The notes beneath the pieces were generated by a model, which had not been told where the DNA came from, searched no databases, and worked only from the letters and a program-made list of their open reading frames with translations. Below, one piece after another: positions 9,885 to 20,981 of a DNA stretch of 64,000 nucleotides (the first letter of the stretch is position 1; each line of letters opens with the position of its first letter). This stretch comes from Gammaproteobacteria bacterium (lineage in GTDB: Bacteria; Pseudomonadota; Gammaproteobacteria; DSM-16500). The translations under genes were made by a program, and so were the position numbers. The stretch spans positions 7,362 through 71,361 of the forward strand of contig JAJPJH010000107.1 in the NCBI GenBank assembly GCA_021324335.1, read 5' to 3'.

Positions 9885-10274
9885 ATGAGTAACATACCGC
9901 AACATCTACAATATACAAAAACCCATGAATGGGTGAAAAATGAAAATGGATTGTTAACAGTGGGAATTACCGATCATGCACAAACCATGTTAGGTGATTT
10001 AGTGTATGTGGAATTACCGGAAATAGATACCAACTTAATCAAAGATCAAGAATTTGCTGTTGTCGAATCAGTGAAAGCAGCGGCTGATGTGTATTCTCCT
10101 ATTCAGGGCGAAGTAATAGAAATCAATGAAGCCGTACTCGAAAATCCTCACCTTATTAATCAAGATCCTTATGGTCAAGGCTGGTTAGTTCGTATACGTC
10201 CGTTTGATGCTGCGAAGTTGCATTTATTAAACGCCGATGAATATTCCAAAGTTGTTGCGTCTGAAGCTCACTAA
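9885..10274 (+). CDS. gcvH: glycine cleavage system H protein (lipoyl carrier)
   Basis: ATG 9885 is preceded by [15 protein letters not shown] and the lipoyl-lysine context [13 protein letters not shown] are present. Confidence 0.93.
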   Translation: MSNIPQHLQYTKTHEWVKNENGLLTVGITDHAQTMLGDLVYVELPEIDTNLIKDQEFAVVESVKAAADVYSPIQGEVIEINEAVLENPHLINQDPYGQGWLVRIRPFDAAKLHLLNADEYSKVVASEAH

Positions 10275-10288
10275 AACGGGAGGAGAGT

Positions 10289-11683
10289 ATGCCGTTTATT
10301 CCGCACACGGAGCAAGATATCAAAGAGATGTTAGAAACCATTGGTATTCGTGATATTGAATCCTTATTTGATGAAATTCCGAATTCTTTACGGCAAGTGA
10401 ATTTAGATCAAGTTCCTGCTGGCATCTCAGAAATGGCGTTAGGGCGTTTAATGCGGGAACGGGCAGAGCAAGATAGCCATTTACTGTGTTTTATTGGTGC
10501 GGGTGCATACGAACACCATATTCCGGCTGCAGTATGGGAAGTGGCGACGCGAGGAGAATTTTATACGGCTTATACGCCTTATCAAGCAGAAGCTAGCCAA
10601 GGTAGTTTGCAGCTGATTTATGAATACCAAACGATGATGGCAAGCTTAATGGCGATGGAAGTTTCCAATGCCTCTTTGTACGATGGAGCATCTGCATTGG
10701 CTGAAGCGATTTTGATGGCAGTGCGATTAAGCAAAAAGAACAAAGCCAGTGTCTTACTACCGCGCACTATCCATCCTCATTATCGTCACGTTGTGAAAAC
10801 AATGACGAGCCAGCAAGGTATTCAATTAATTGAGGTACCTTATCATCCAGCAACGGGTCAAGTGGATAAGCAGGCGTTAGAAAAATGTATGCAAGCGGGG
10901 GTGGCAGCGCTTGTTATTCCTCAACCAAATTTTTTTGGTGTGCTGGAAGAAGTTGATCAATTAACCGATTGGGCGCGTGAAAAAAATATCCTTTCGATTG
11001 CTGTCGTGAATCCCACCGCCATGGCATTACTCAAGCCACCTGGTCAATGGGGGACAGAAGGGGTCGATATGGCTTGTGGTGAAGGTCAGCCGTTAGGAGT
11101 GCCCTTGGCATCAGGCGGCCCTTATTATGGATTTTTATGCTGTAAAAAAGTGCACGTTAGACAAATGCCTGGTCGTATCGTGGGTCGTACCGTGGATCTA
11201 GATGGTAAGCCCGGTTATGTGTTGACCTTACAAGCGCGCGAACAACATATTCGCCGGGCCAAAGCCACTTCCAACATATGCACGAATCAGGGATTAATGG
11301 TGACTGCTTCTACTATTTACATGAGTTTGATGGGGCCAGGCGGATTACGCCAGGTGGCTGCGTTATCTCATCAACGTACGCGGGAAATGAAACAAGCTTT
11401 ATTACAAGTACCAGGAATTGAAGCTGTGTTTACTGCACCTTTTTTCCATGAAATTGTGGTGCGGGTGAATAAGCCGACTGATTATGTCGTCAATGAATTG
11501 GCGAAACACGGCATTCAAGCAGGGTATGCGCTTAAAGCGACGTATCCTGAATTAAGTGATTGCTTATTGCTTTGTGCCACCGAAACAAAAAGCGCAGAAG
11601 ACATCAAACAATTAACTCAACAATTGCACCATACCTTAGAAGAAGGTTTATCGATAGGGAGTAAACTGGCATGTCCGGCTTAA
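10289..11683 (+). CDS. gcvPA: glycine dehydrogenase (decarboxylating) subunit 1
   Basis: 464 aa split P protein with N-terminal [15 protein letters not shown] and [14 protein letters not shown]. Confidence 0.92.
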   Translation: MPFIPHTEQDIKEMLETIGIRDIESLFDEIPNSLRQVNLDQVPAGISEMALGRLMRERAEQDSHLLCFIGAGAYEHHIPAAVWEVATRGEFYTAYTPYQAEASQGSLQLIYEYQTMMASLMAMEVSNASLYDGASALAEAILMAVRLSKKNKASVLLPRTIHPHYRHVVKTMTSQQGIQLIEVPYHPATGQVDKQALEKCMQAGVAALVIPQPNFFGVLEEVDQLTDWAREKNILSIAVVNPTAMALLKPPGQWGTEGVDMACGEGQPLGVPLASGGPYYGFLCCKKVHVRQMPGRIVGRTVDLDGKPGYVLTLQAREQHIRRAKATSNICTNQGLMVTASTIYMSLMGPGGLRQVAALSHQRTREMKQALLQVPGIEAVFTAPFFHEIVVRVNKPTDYVVNELAKHGIQAGYALKATYPELSDCLLLCATETKSAEDIKQLTQQLHHTLEEGLSIGSKLACPA

Positions 11684-13140
11684 TTTTTGAAGAATCACGT
11701 TCTGGTCGTTATGCTAAGGCACAATGGCCAGGAGGAGACTCACGTCAGGTTCGTGAAGCGTGTGATGATATTCCTGCTTCCCTCTTGCGTTCCCATAAAC
11801 CATGTTTACCGGAAGTCTCTGAGCTTCAAGTTGTTAGGCATTTTACGAATCTTTCTAAGGAAAATTTTTCTATCGATACCCATTTTTATCCCTTAGGGTC
11901 TTGCACGATGAAGTATAACCCTCGTGGGGTACATCGATTAGCTTCTCTCGAAGGATTTTTGCAGCACCATCCTTTATCGTTAGAAGAAAACAGCCAAGGT
12001 TTTATGGCTTGTGCTTACGAATTGCAAGAAATTCTCAAAGCTGTGACAGGCATGAAAGGGGCTGCATTATCACCCATGGCGGGTGCGCAAGGTGAATTTG
12101 CGGGAGTCGCGATGATTCGTGCTTATCACCACGCTCGTGGTGATACTGCGCGAACTGAAATTCTCGTTCCGGATGCTGCTCACGGTACCAATCCTGCTTC
12201 TGCGGTGCAATGTGGTTATCAAGTGCGTGAAATTCCAACAGGTGCAGATGGCAATGTCGATATTGAGGCTTTAAAAGCTGCAGTAGGTCCGCAGACAGCG
12301 GGCATTATGTTAACCAACCCATCGACATTAGGTGTGTTCGAGCAAAAGATTCAAGAAATTGCAGCCATTATCCACCAAGCAGGCGGCTTACTGTATTATG
12401 ATGGCGCCAATTTTAATGCCATCTTAGGTAAGGTTCGGCCAGGTGACATGGGTTTTGATGTGGTGCATTTAAATTTACATAAAACGTTTGCGACGCCCCA
12501 CGGTGGCGGTGGCCCAGGTTGTGGTCCAGTCGTGGCGAATGAACGTTTGCTTCCTTATTTGCCCATCCCACGTGTGACAAAAGAAGGTGATCGATACCGT
12601 TGGTTGACAGAAAAAGATTGTCCGCAAAGTATTGGTCGATTGTCAGCGTTTATGGGGAATGCAGGTATTATTCTGCGAGCTTATTTATATGCCAGATTGT
12701 TAGGTAAAGAAGGCTTACAACGTGTTTCTGAATTTGCTACGCTGAATGCAAACTATTTATCAGCCCGTTTAAAAGCAGCCGGATTTATCTTGGCTTATCC
12801 CTCCCGTCGTGCCAGCCATGAGTTTATTATTACCTTTAAGCATGAATCTAAAACATTAGGCGTAACGGCATTAGATATTGCTAAACGTTTATTGGATTAT
12901 GGGTTTCATGCGCCGACCATGTATTTTCCTTTATTAGTTCCTGAATGTTTCTTGATTGAACCGACGGAAACAGAGAGTAAAGAAATATTAGATCAGTTCG
13001 TGGAAGCAATGATTCAAATTTTGGAAGAAGCTAAAAGAGATCCTACCATCTTGAAAGAAGCACCCCACACCTTACCCGTGCGACGTTTAGATGATGTGAA
13101 GGCAGCGAGAGAGTTAGATTTGCGATATCAAGAAGAGTGA
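11671..13140 (+). CDS. gcvPB: glycine dehydrogenase (decarboxylating) subunit 2
   Basis: 489 aa. The PLP-lysine context is [18 protein letters not shown]. It overlaps gcvPA by 13 nt. Confidence 0.92.
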   Translation: MSGLIFEESRSGRYAKAQWPGGDSRQVREACDDIPASLLRSHKPCLPEVSELQVVRHFTNLSKENFSIDTHFYPLGSCTMKYNPRGVHRLASLEGFLQHHPLSLEENSQGFMACAYELQEILKAVTGMKGAALSPMAGAQGEFAGVAMIRAYHHARGDTARTEILVPDAAHGTNPASAVQCGYQVREIPTGADGNVDIEALKAAVGPQTAGIMLTNPSTLGVFEQKIQEIAAIIHQAGGLLYYDGANFNAILGKVRPGDMGFDVVHLNLHKTFATPHGGGGPGCGPVVANERLLPYLPIPRVTKEGDRYRWLTEKDCPQSIGRLSAFMGNAGIILRAYLYARLLGKEGLQRVSEFATLNANYLSARLKAAGFILAYPSRRASHEFIITFKHESKTLGVTALDIAKRLLDYGFHAPTMYFPLLVPECFLIEPTETESKEILDQFVEAMIQILEEAKRDPTILKEAPHTLPVRRLDDVKAARELDLRYQEE

Positions 13141-13490
13141 AAATTTTTCTCTCTTTCCATGATTTTTGCGCCCCATTCTCTTAATGCAAATAAGATAGGT
13201 CTTAAGCTCTGGCCAAACTCCGTGAGTGAGTATTCTACTTTGGGCGGGACTTGGGGATAAACCGTGCGCGTAATAATTTGATCATTTTCCAATTCTCGTA
13301 ATTGTAACGTCAGCATTCGCTGAGTCACGCTGGGGATTAAGCGCCGTAATTCATTGAACCGCTTGGTGCCATCCAAGAGATGAAATAATATCACCCCTTT
13401 CCATTTATCGCCGATAACATCCAATGCTGCTTCTACCGAGCAGCCATAATGGCATTGATTAGTGCGTCTATTCTTTCGTTGATAAGCCAT
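13128..13490 (-). CDS. HxlR-family winged-helix transcriptional regulator
   Basis: 120 aa. [57 protein letters not shown] is the typical HxlR signature. Its 3' end overlaps gcvPB convergently by 13 nt. Confidence 0.88.
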   Translation of the reverse strand: MAYQRKNRRTNQCHYGCSVEAALDVIGDKWKGVILFHLLDGTKRFNELRRLIPSVTQRMLTLQLRELENDQIITRTVYPQVPPKVEYSLTEFGQSLRPILFALREWGAKIMEREKNFHSS

Positions 13491-13696
13491 ACGGGCATCT
13501 CATACAATAGTATCTTTTTTAACACTATAGCATAAAATTGCCACTTTAATAATCTGTTCTATAGGCTATTGATTTTAATATAAATAAATTAATAGTATAT
13601 TTTTTGTAACTATATAACAAAATTGTGCATTCTTGAATAAGTTATCCTGCCTCCCTATCATGTTCATATCTTAAACACATGACGAGGAATTGAAAT

Positions 13697-14257
13697 ATGA
13701 ACCCAAGATTATTTACTACACCTAAATCTTCACAAGAGTTAACTTTAACCCTTTTAGCATCTGAGACGCTAACAGGGAAAATGGCAGCTGAGTTAAATCG
13801 ATACGAAAAAGATTTTTTAAAAAGAAATGCTAATAGCGCTTTCACCGATAAAACGCGGCAGAAGCATTTAAATGAAATGAAAACAGCTATTGAGCAATTA
13901 GATGAGACTGATTTTCGGAGTGTGGCTAATTTTTTAATTAAATTGAATAACGAAATACAATATGCAAAAAGTAAAAAAGGTAAACATTATGAGGAAGCAT
14001 TAAATTCCATGTTAGGGATGATAATAGAAAAGTTTAATGTCGCTACGATTGAGCGCTTAGCAAATAATATCGCTAACAAAGTTAATCCTCTTTTTCTAAA
14101 GGAAATTTCAGAAAAATTAGCGTCCCAAGGAAAAGCAACCGATGTTATTGAGGATTATTTAATAAAAGGATACATTTTGCCGTTGGATGAAAAAACGGGC
14201 TATTATAAGCAAGTTTTAGAAGTGCAGAATAATAAGCGAAGAAGTTTCGATCTTTAA
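13697..14257 (+). CDS. hypothetical helical protein (orphan)
   Basis: 186-aa ORF, AT-rich, no recognisable motif. It is flanked by an AT-rich 206-bp upstream region. Confidence 0.5.
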   Translation: MNPRLFTTPKSSQELTLTLLASETLTGKMAAELNRYEKDFLKRNANSAFTDKTRQKHLNEMKTAIEQLDETDFRSVANFLIKLNNEIQYAKSKKGKHYEEALNSMLGMIIEKFNVATIERLANNIANKVNPLFLKEISEKLASQGKATDVIEDYLIKGYILPLDEKTGYYKQVLEVQNNKRRSFDL

Positions 14258-14303
14258 TATTCAGCGACATGGCTGGTAACCAAGTTGCTAGCCATTGGTT
14301 CCT

Positions 14304-15002
14304 CTATCGTGGCCTAAAATGGGAAGGGGCCGGGGCCTCTTCTGCTATCTTAAGGATAGAATTAGCTCTAAACATATTATTCAGAAGATAGGTGCCAGCT
14401 GCATAACTTAATTCTCCCGTTTTTCTGCCTACTAAGCTACTTAGGAATGCAACCGAGAGAATAGAAGGAAGTTTCATCACATAGGCAGGGGCAGTGATAA
14501 CTTCCAGGGCCACTAAAATACCTAGGCTGATAAATGGTGCTTCTGTTTTGTTAAATCCACCGAATTTTTCTAATAAAAAATTCATGGCTGGGATAGCGAG
14601 TGTTGTCGAGGAGCCACTTAAGGTAAATAGGATGAAAGTAGTGATGAATTGATTTATCCACTCAATTTGTTTTTTATTGTAGTGATGTTTTGCCAAGTGA
14701 TCACTTACCATTTCTTCTACAAATGCACATAAAAAAGAGTAGGAGAAGCCTTTTTTTGCAGGCATGACTACCATGTCATAAAAATCGTTGGTTGAAGTTT
14801 CACTAACGGAGGTTGACATAGCGACGTTATTAAAAAGAGGTTCAGTTGAGCCAGTAGGATGCAAGTTACCAATAGGACATTGGTTTGTAGTGCATATTCC
14901 ATTGCTTGAGAGTGAAGAAGTAACAGACGACCATAAGCCAGCCCAAAAACTTTTCAGTTTACTTTTTGATGAAGGGGAATGGGGATAAGTGGTACGCGGC
15001 AT
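14304..15002 (-). CDS. hypothetical membrane protein (orphan), Ser/Thr-rich N-terminus and hydrophobic C-terminal half
   Basis: 232-aa ORF with several hydrophobic segments (FITTFILFTLSG, FISLGILVALEVITAPAYV, LPSILSVAFLSSLVG). No family recognised. Confidence 0.55.
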   Translation of the reverse strand: MPRTTYPHSPSSKSKLKSFWAGLWSSVTSSLSSNGICTTNQCPIGNLHPTGSTEPLFNNVAMSTSVSETSTNDFYDMVVMPAKKGFSYSFLCAFVEEMVSDHLAKHHYNKKQIEWINQFITTFILFTLSGSSTTLAIPAMNFLLEKFGGFNKTEAPFISLGILVALEVITAPAYVMKLPSILSVAFLSSLVGRKTGELSYAAGTYLLNNMFRANSILKIAEEAPAPSHFRPR

Positions 15003-15022
15003 AAAATCTCCTTTCTTGAATG

Positions 15023-15793
15023 TTAAAATTCATCTTTCCATTTTCTTAGTTGCGCAAAAACTTCTACCGGCTTGCTCAATCGTTTTCCCGCATAGTGCTC
15101 AACGTGAGCAATAACTTCCGGCGAACTACAGCGTAAAAACGGATTGGTTTGCTTTTCCTCACGTATCAATGACGGCAAGGAAGGAAGCTGTTTTGCCCGC
15201 AAGGCATTCACCCGTTCTATCCGCTCATCAATAGCACGATTGCCTGGTTCCACCGTTTTCGCAAAGCGCAGATTATTTTGGGTATACTCATGCCCGCAAT
15301 ACACTTGAGTTTCTTCCGGCAAAGCAGCTAATGTTTGTAAGGAATGATAAAGCTGTTCTGCTGTTCCCTCAAATAATCTACCGCAACCAGCAGCAAAAAG
15401 TGTATCACCGCAAAATACCCTATTGCGAGCATAATAAGCGATATGGCCTAGCGTATGGCCGGGAATCTCGATCACTTCGAAGGTAAGGCTCTCTTCTAAT
15501 GGAATGTGATCACCTCCCTGTACTAACTTTGTTACACCTTCAATCTTTTCTTTGTAAGAGCCATAAACGGGAACAGAATAGTGTTGTTTAAGTTCTAAAA
15601 CCCCATTGCAATGATCCCAATGGTGATGGGTGATTAAAATACCACCAAGCGTCAGTTGTTGTTGAGTTAAAAACTCTATCACTGCTGGTGCTTCGCCAGG
15701 ATCAACAATAAAAGCTGTTTTTGTATCGGTGTTAATAATGGCCCAAACATAATTATCTTTGAAGATAGGGATAGGTAGAATGGAAGTAGTCAT
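15023..15793 (-). CDS. gloB: hydroxyacylglutathione hydrolase (glyoxalase II)
   Basis: Metallo-beta-lactamase motif ITHHHWDHCNG, GHTLGHIAYY, CGHEYT, and C-terminal FAQLRKWKDEF. Confidence 0.92.
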   Translation of the reverse strand: MTTSILPIPIFKDNYVWAIINTDTKTAFIVDPGEAPAVIEFLTQQQLTLGGILITHHHWDHCNGVLELKQHYSVPVYGSYKEKIEGVTKLVQGGDHIPLEESLTFEVIEIPGHTLGHIAYYARNRVFCGDTLFAAGCGRLFEGTAEQLYHSLQTLAALPEETQVYCGHEYTQNNLRFAKTVEPGNRAIDERIERVNALRAKQLPSLPSLIREEKQTNPFLRCSSPEVIAHVEHYAGKRLSKPVEVFAQLRKWKDEF

Positions 15794-15905
15794 TAATTGT
15801 GTCCTGTCATTTTTAAACAGTTGGGAAGGATTAATGAAAGCTCGTCACTGCGCTCCTAACAATGACGAGTACAAACAAAAAACTTACGATGTGTGAATAT
15901 TTATA

Positions 15906-17717
15906 TTAACTTCTATCCGCCCGCTTTCTTTCATGTTCTTTCAAGAACTTCTTACGTACCCGAATCGATTGCGGCGTCACTTCAACTAATTCATCATCTT
16001 CAATAAATTCGAGTGCCTGTTCCAATGTCAGCAAAATAGGCGGTACTAAAATAATATTTTCATCCGATCCTGCTGCACGAATATTCGTAAGTTGTTTCGC
16101 TTTGCAAACATTCACCACCAAATCATTATCTCGCGTATGAATGCCTACAATCATGCCTTCATACACTTCTGTTTGTGGACCGATTAACATGCGCCCGCGT
16201 TCTTGTAAATTAAAGAGTGAATAAGCTAATGCCATTCCTTGCTGGTTAGAAATTAAGACACCATTTTGACGGTGAGGAATTTCCCCTTTAGCAGCAGGTC
16301 CATAATGACTAAATACATGATGCATAATGCCTGTGCCAGAAGTAAGAGTGAGGAATTCTGTATGGAATCCAATCAATGCTCGAGAAGGAATGACATAGTC
16401 TAAACGTACTCGACCTTTGTCATCCGCAACCATATTTTTTAATTCTCCGCGACGGCTGCCTAATTTTTCCATGATCGTACCCTGATATTCCGTGGGTACA
16501 TCAATGGCTAAGGTTTCATAAGGTTCATGCACTTCGCCATTGACAGTTTTAGTGATCACTTCAGGTCGTGAAACAGCTAACTCATAGCCTTCGCGACGCA
16601 TGTTTTCGATAAGGATAGATAAATGTAATTCACCGCGTCCTGATACTTTGAATTTATCAGGATCATTCGTATCTTCTACACGTAATGCGACGTTATGCAT
16701 TAATTCTTGATACAAACGTTCACGGATTTTACGGCTAGTGACAAATTTTCCTTCTTTGCCAGCAAATGGGGAGGTGTTGACTTGAAAAGTCATGCTCACG
16801 GTGGGTTCATCAACACTTAATGCTGGTAATGCTTCAACGACAGCAGGGTCGCATAAGGTGTCAGAAATTTTTAGCTCGTCTATGCCCGTGAGAGCAATAA
16901 TATCACCTGCATAAGCGACGGGAACTTCACTGCGATCTAAGCCCAGATATTCCAATACTTGCAGAATCCGTCCTGATCGTGTTTTAGCTTCACGATCAAT
17001 AATCGTTACCGGCATATTGGTTTTGGCTTGTCCTCGGGTAATACGGCCAATGCCAATCATGCCCACATAACTAGAATAATCCAGGGTGCTAATTTGCATT
17101 TGGAAGGGACCGTTCGGGTCAACTTTAGGGGCGGGTACAGATTTAACAATCGTTTCAAATAACGGGGTCATGTCTTGACTAGGATGGCTCAGATCAAGTG
17201 CAGCATAACCTTGTAAGGCGGAAGTATAAACGATAGGGAAATCGAGCTGTTCATCGGTTGCGCCTAAATTGACAAATAAATCAAATACTTGATCAATTAC
17301 CCAATCAGGTCTCGCACCCGGACGGTCGATTTTATTGACCACGACAATGGGTTTGAGGCCGCGTGCAAATGCTTTTTGCGTGACGAAGCGAGTTTGTGGC
17401 ATCGGGCCGTCGACGGCATCCACTAACAATAATACGGAGTCAACCATGGAGAGAATACGTTCTACTTCACCACCGAAGTCAGCATGGCCTGGGGTATCAA
17501 CGATATTAATCCGGTAATCGCGCCATTTAATGGCGGTATTTTTCGCTAAAATGGTAATGCCGCGTTCTCGTTCTAGATCATTGCTATCCATAATACGTTC
17601 AGTATTAGTGACTTTTTTCGAGACGCTAGCGGTTTGCTGTAGTAATTTGTCTACGAGCGTTGTTTTGCCATGATCGACATGGGCGATAATTGCAATATTA
17701 CGTAAATTTTCTGCCAC
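15906..17717 (-). CDS. typA: translational GTPase TypA/BipA
   Basis: 603 aa. [27 protein letters not shown] and NKIDR motifs are present, and it is colinear with BipA throughout. Confidence 0.95.
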   Translation of the reverse strand: MAENLRNIAIIAHVDHGKTTLVDKLLQQTASVSKKVTNTERIMDSNDLERERGITILAKNTAIKWRDYRINIVDTPGHADFGGEVERILSMVDSVLLLVDAVDGPMPQTRFVTQKAFARGLKPIVVVNKIDRPGARPDWVIDQVFDLFVNLGATDEQLDFPIVYTSALQGYAALDLSHPSQDMTPLFETIVKSVPAPKVDPNGPFQMQISTLDYSSYVGMIGIGRITRGQAKTNMPVTIIDREAKTRSGRILQVLEYLGLDRSEVPVAYAGDIIALTGIDELKISDTLCDPAVVEALPALSVDEPTVSMTFQVNTSPFAGKEGKFVTSRKIRERLYQELMHNVALRVEDTNDPDKFKVSGRGELHLSILIENMRREGYELAVSRPEVITKTVNGEVHEPYETLAIDVPTEYQGTIMEKLGSRRGELKNMVADDKGRVRLDYVIPSRALIGFHTEFLTLTSGTGIMHHVFSHYGPAAKGEIPHRQNGVLISNQQGMALAYSLFNLQERGRMLIGPQTEVYEGMIVGIHTRDNDLVVNVCKAKQLTNIRAAGSDENIILVPPILLTLEQALEFIEDDELVEVTPQSIRVRKKFLKEHERKRADRS

Positions 17718-17785
17718 GGTTAGTTCACCTGAGTCATCGCGTTAATAATAAAAAGGGCTCATTTTACCTGAAAGGAGGTATTATT

Positions 17786-17865
17786 GTCATTCCGTGAAAG
17801 CAGGAATCTGTCTAATTTTACCGGCTGCTGCTTTTTCAGAAGGTTCCCGCTTTCGCGGGAATGAC
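17786..17865. repeat. inverted pair of REP-like palindromic units (GTCATTCC-N8-GGAATC type)
   Basis: 17786-17808 is gtcattccgtgaaagcaggaatc. 17842-17865 is ggttcccgctttcgcgggaatgac, the same unit in opposite orientation. Each is an internal hairpin. They lie in the typA/kdsB intergenic region. Confidence 0.7.
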
Positions 17866-17872
17866 GGTTAGG

Positions 17873-18598
17873 TTAGATGACATACTTAAATAACTGCGCT
17901 GCTTCATACTCTTCGGGCGTATTAATTTCCATCGTCTTTTCTTCCGTCAAACAAACCCGAATTTTGTACCCATGCTCTAATACCCGCAATTGCTCTAACA
18001 ATTCAGCTTGCTCAAGCGGGGTTTGGGGAAGCGACTTATACAACATTAAGAAATCCCGTCGAAACGCATATAAGCCCATGTGATGATAAACGGGTGCAGG
18101 TCCCTCAATGCGGAAATAAGGAATAGGTGCGCGAGAAAAATAAATAGCATTGCTTTGTAAATCAGTAATGACTTTAACTGCCCCCGGCTCATGATACTTA
18201 TCTTTCTCCAAAGGATAAGCAAGCGTCGTCATCTCCGGCATCTCAGCCGCTAAGTAAGGGGCGACTAATTGCTCTAACATACGCGGTTTAATAAATGGTT
18301 CATCTCCTTGCAGATTGATGACGACATCCATATCGGGATACTGTTCAGCTACGGCTGCTACCCGTTCAGAACCAGTCGGTAATTCTGGGTCTGTCATGAG
18401 CACCTTTCCACTTATCCCGCGAACCACTTGTGCAATCTCATCACTGTCTGTTGCAACAATCACATCCGTCAGCAGTGAACAGCGGCGGGCATTTTCATAA
18501 ACCCATTGGATCATAGGCTTACCTTGAATAGGCAATAGTGGTTTACGCGGTAATCGCGTAGAGCGGATACGGCTTGGAATGACACAGAGAATTTTCAT
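17873..18598 (-). CDS. kdsB: 3-deoxy-manno-octulosonate cytidylyltransferase
   Basis: 241 aa with VIPSRIRSTRLPRKPL, VATDSDEI and NLQGDEP motifs. Confidence 0.92.
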   Translation of the reverse strand: MKILCVIPSRIRSTRLPRKPLLPIQGKPMIQWVYENARRCSLLTDVIVATDSDEIAQVVRGISGKVLMTDPELPTGSERVAAVAEQYPDMDVVINLQGDEPFIKPRMLEQLVAPYLAAEMPEMTTLAYPLEKDKYHEPGAVKVITDLQSNAIYFSRAPIPYFRIEGPAPVYHHMGLYAFRRDFLMLYKSLPQTPLEQAELLEQLRVLEHGYKIRVCLTEEKTMEINTPEEYEAAQLFKYVI

Positions 18599-18646
18599 GG
18601 TGGGGAATGATATACTATCCCCGAACTGATAAAAAGGAGTTTATCG

Positions 18647-19141
18647 ATGAAGTTATCTATTACGTTGGTCACCGCCGCAGCGGTATTAAGTGTATCGACG
18701 ATGGCTTTTGCTAAATCTGGCATCTCTTCTTCTCCTCTCTTACCGAATACCACGGTAATAGCAGGAAATCTTAGTAATAATGAATTTTATGTCGTTCCTA
18801 CGACGAATCCTCATGAGGTAGGACCGGTTGTCTCTACTCAGAAAGTGACTCAAGATAATAATAAGAAAGTCGTGCCTATGTTAGAAGCTGCATTGAATCA
18901 GGCTTTTCAGAAAGCACATCAAGTCAATCATCAAAAAACATTACCTAATGTGGCACTGAATAAGCAGAAGTCTAAAAAAGTAATCACGGCGTCGAATGTA
19001 AAACCGCATCATGTTGGTCATCAGAAGGGTGTAGCAAAGACAACAGTTGCTGCAACTAAGCCAATACATCATGCCAAAGTGAAAATGGCATCTAATCAGA
19101 CACATCATAAAATGAAACATACCACCATGGTGAAAATATAG
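18647..19141 (+). CDS. secreted hypothetical protein with His/Lys-rich C-terminal half
   Basis: Signal peptide MKLSITLVTAAAVLSVSTMAFA. The C-terminus carries repeated HH/HQK patches (KAHQVNHQK, KPHHVGHQKG, KPIHHAK, QTHHKMKH). Confidence 0.65.
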   Translation: MKLSITLVTAAAVLSVSTMAFAKSGISSSPLLPNTTVIAGNLSNNEFYVVPTTNPHEVGPVVSTQKVTQDNNKKVVPMLEAALNQAFQKAHQVNHQKTLPNVALNKQKSKKVITASNVKPHHVGHQKGVAKTTVAATKPIHHAKVKMASNQTHHKMKHTTMVKI

Positions 19142-19150
19142 AGTACAAAA

Positions 19151-19184
19151 AAATTGGGCCTTGCATGGTTGCAAGGCCCAATTT
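19151..19184. terminator. bidirectional rho-independent terminator between convergent genes
   Basis: Perfect 15-bp stem aaattgggccttgca / tgcaaggcccaattt with loop tggt. An A-run lies upstream and a T-run downstream, so it works on either strand. Confidence 0.8.
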
Positions 19185-19197
19185 TACAAACTGCTAG

Positions 19198-19362
19198 TTA
19201 AGCAGCTTTTTTCTTTCTTCCAGCAGAACGCTTCTTTCTGCGACCTGGACGTTTCTTGGCTGCAGTTACTTTCTTCGCTGCTGGTTTTCTCGTTTTACGA
19301 GTTTTTTTAGCAGCTTTACGTGGTTTTGCGGTTTTGCTGTTTTTACGTTTTGCTCTTGCCAT
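19198..19362 (-). CDS. histone H1-like, extremely basic Lys/Arg/Ala-rich small protein (54 aa)
   Basis: I prefer ATG 19362 (AAGGAAA 7 nt upstream). The product is MARAKRKNSKTAKPRKAAKKTRKTRKPAAKKVTAAKKRPGRRKKRSAGRKKKAA. Its composition resembles Coxiella Hq1, Chlamydia Hc1 and the AlgP tail. Confidence 0.65.
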   Translation of the reverse strand: MARAKRKNSKTAKPRKAAKKTRKTRKPAAKKVTAAKKRPGRRKKRSAGRKKKAA

Positions 19363-19814
19363 GACGTTTTTCCTTTCAATTGTTAACAATGTGCAAATTT
19401 AACATTAGCATTCAAAAAAGTATAGAACTATTAGGGAAATTACTAAGTCATGTCGGAAAGTGTCTGCATCATATTTGCTATTTACTATGATGACTAATGA
19501 ATTACGATATTTCCGCTTCGACTTTTGTGTCATCATCGTCACACTCATAATTATTAGTTTATTTCTTCGCATCATACATCGCAAGATCGATACATTTTTC
19601 TAATTCATCATATAAGATTATTTAAATGATATCTTGGCTGATGTTGTAGCAATTATTTCATCATGCTGCTGTCAATGAGGGCTGGTCAATTTTGATAAAA
19701 GTATAGCCATATAAATAGTTGCGATTCGTAACAGCAGTCATTCCCTTGTTTCTATAAGCGCCTCATACTGGTAAACTAAGCAGCGTTTTTAATCCCTATC
19801 GATGAGATTTTATT

Positions 19815-20981
19815 ATGATTATACAACCTAAAATTCGCGGATTTATTTGCACCACGGCCCATCCTATTGGATGTATGAAAGCCGTAGAGGAACAAATTAA
19901 CTATGTAAAATCAAAGGGTAAATTTAAGGGTCCTAAAAAAGCGTTGATTATTGGCGCTTCGACCGGCTATGGATTAGCGAGCCGTATTGCTGTCACCTAT
20001 GGGGCGGGTGCGAAAACTATTGGGGTATTTTATGAAAAAGCAGCAGATGAAAAACGGACTGCCTCTGCTGGTTGGTATAATTCCATTGCCTTTGAGACAT
20101 TCGCTCATCGCGATGGCTATTATGCAAAAAATGTTAATGGCGATGCTTTTTCTCAAGCGATTAAAGAACAGACAGCTGAGTTAATACGACAAGATTTGGG
20201 CCAGGTAGATTTAGTTGTTTATAGCCTTGCTGCACCAAGGCGTATCCACCCTGTGACGGGGCAAGTCTATTCTTCTGTCTTAAAGCCTGTGGGTAAGCCT
20301 TTTACGGGGAAAACTGTCGATGCTTTTCGCGGTGAAGTGAAAGAAGTGACATTGGAACCAGCAACAGAAGAGGAAATTGCGCATACTGTTGCAGTGATGG
20401 GCGGTGAGGATTGGGAAATGTGGATTGATTTTCTGGCGAAGGAAAAGTTGTTGGCAGAAGAAGTGAAAACGATTTCTTATACTTACATCGGACCGCAATT
20501 AAGCCATGCTATTTATAAGGACGGGACAATTGGTAAAGCCAAAGAACATTTAAAGATGACCTCCAATAAGCTTGATCAAAAACTTAAAGCATTAAAAGGT
20601 GAAGCAGTTATTTCCGTGGATAAGGCGGTTGTGACACAAGCAAGTGCAGCTATTCCCGTCGTGCCTCTTTATATTGCTATTCTTTTTAAAGTAATGAAAG
20701 AAAAAGGCTTGCATGAAGGATGTATTGAACAGATGGTTCGATTATTTAAAGATCATTTATATGCAGCCCATGCACCCTCACGTGATGGAGAAGGTTATAT
20801 TCGCCTCGATGATTGGGAAATGCGCGAAGATGTGCAACAGCGTGTATTAGAACTCTGGCCGCAAGTAACGAGCGAAAATTTATCACAGCTGACTGATATT
20901 AAAGGTTATTGTGATGACTTTTATCGTCTGTTTGGCTTCAACCTAAGCGGTGTGGATTACGACGCCGACGTGAACCCCTAA
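19815..20981 (+). CDS. fabV: trans-2-enoyl-CoA/ACP reductase (NADH), FabV type
   Basis: MIIQPKIRGFICTTAHPIGC...ALIIGASTGYGLASRI...YSLAAPRR is the characteristic FabV N-terminus. 388 aa. Confidence 0.9.
   Translation: MIIQPKIRGFICTTAHPIGCMKAVEEQINYVKSKGKFKGPKKALIIGASTGYGLASRIAVTYGAGAKTIGVFYEKAADEKRTASAGWYNSIAFETFAHRDGYYAKNVNGDAFSQAIKEQTAELIRQDLGQVDLVVYSLAAPRRIHPVTGQVYSSVLKPVGKPFTGKTVDAFRGEVKEVTLEPATEEEIAHTVAVMGGEDWEMWIDFLAKEKLLAEEVKTISYTYIGPQLSHAIYKDGTIGKAKEHLKMTSNKLDQKLKALKGEAVISVDKAVVTQASAAIPVVPLYIAILFKVMKEKGLHEGCIEQMVRLFKDHLYAAHAPSRDGEGYIRLDDWEMREDVQQRVLELWPQVTSENLSQLTDIKGYCDDFYRLFGFNLSGVDYDADVNP

Noticed and set aside
19410-19585. 55-aa minus-strand ORF (MMRRNKLIIMSVTMMTQKSKRKYRN...) in the long fabV upstream spacer
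   Set aside because: It has no SD, an odd composition and no motif, and it falls below the track threshold. It is probably fortuitous in AT-rich DNA.
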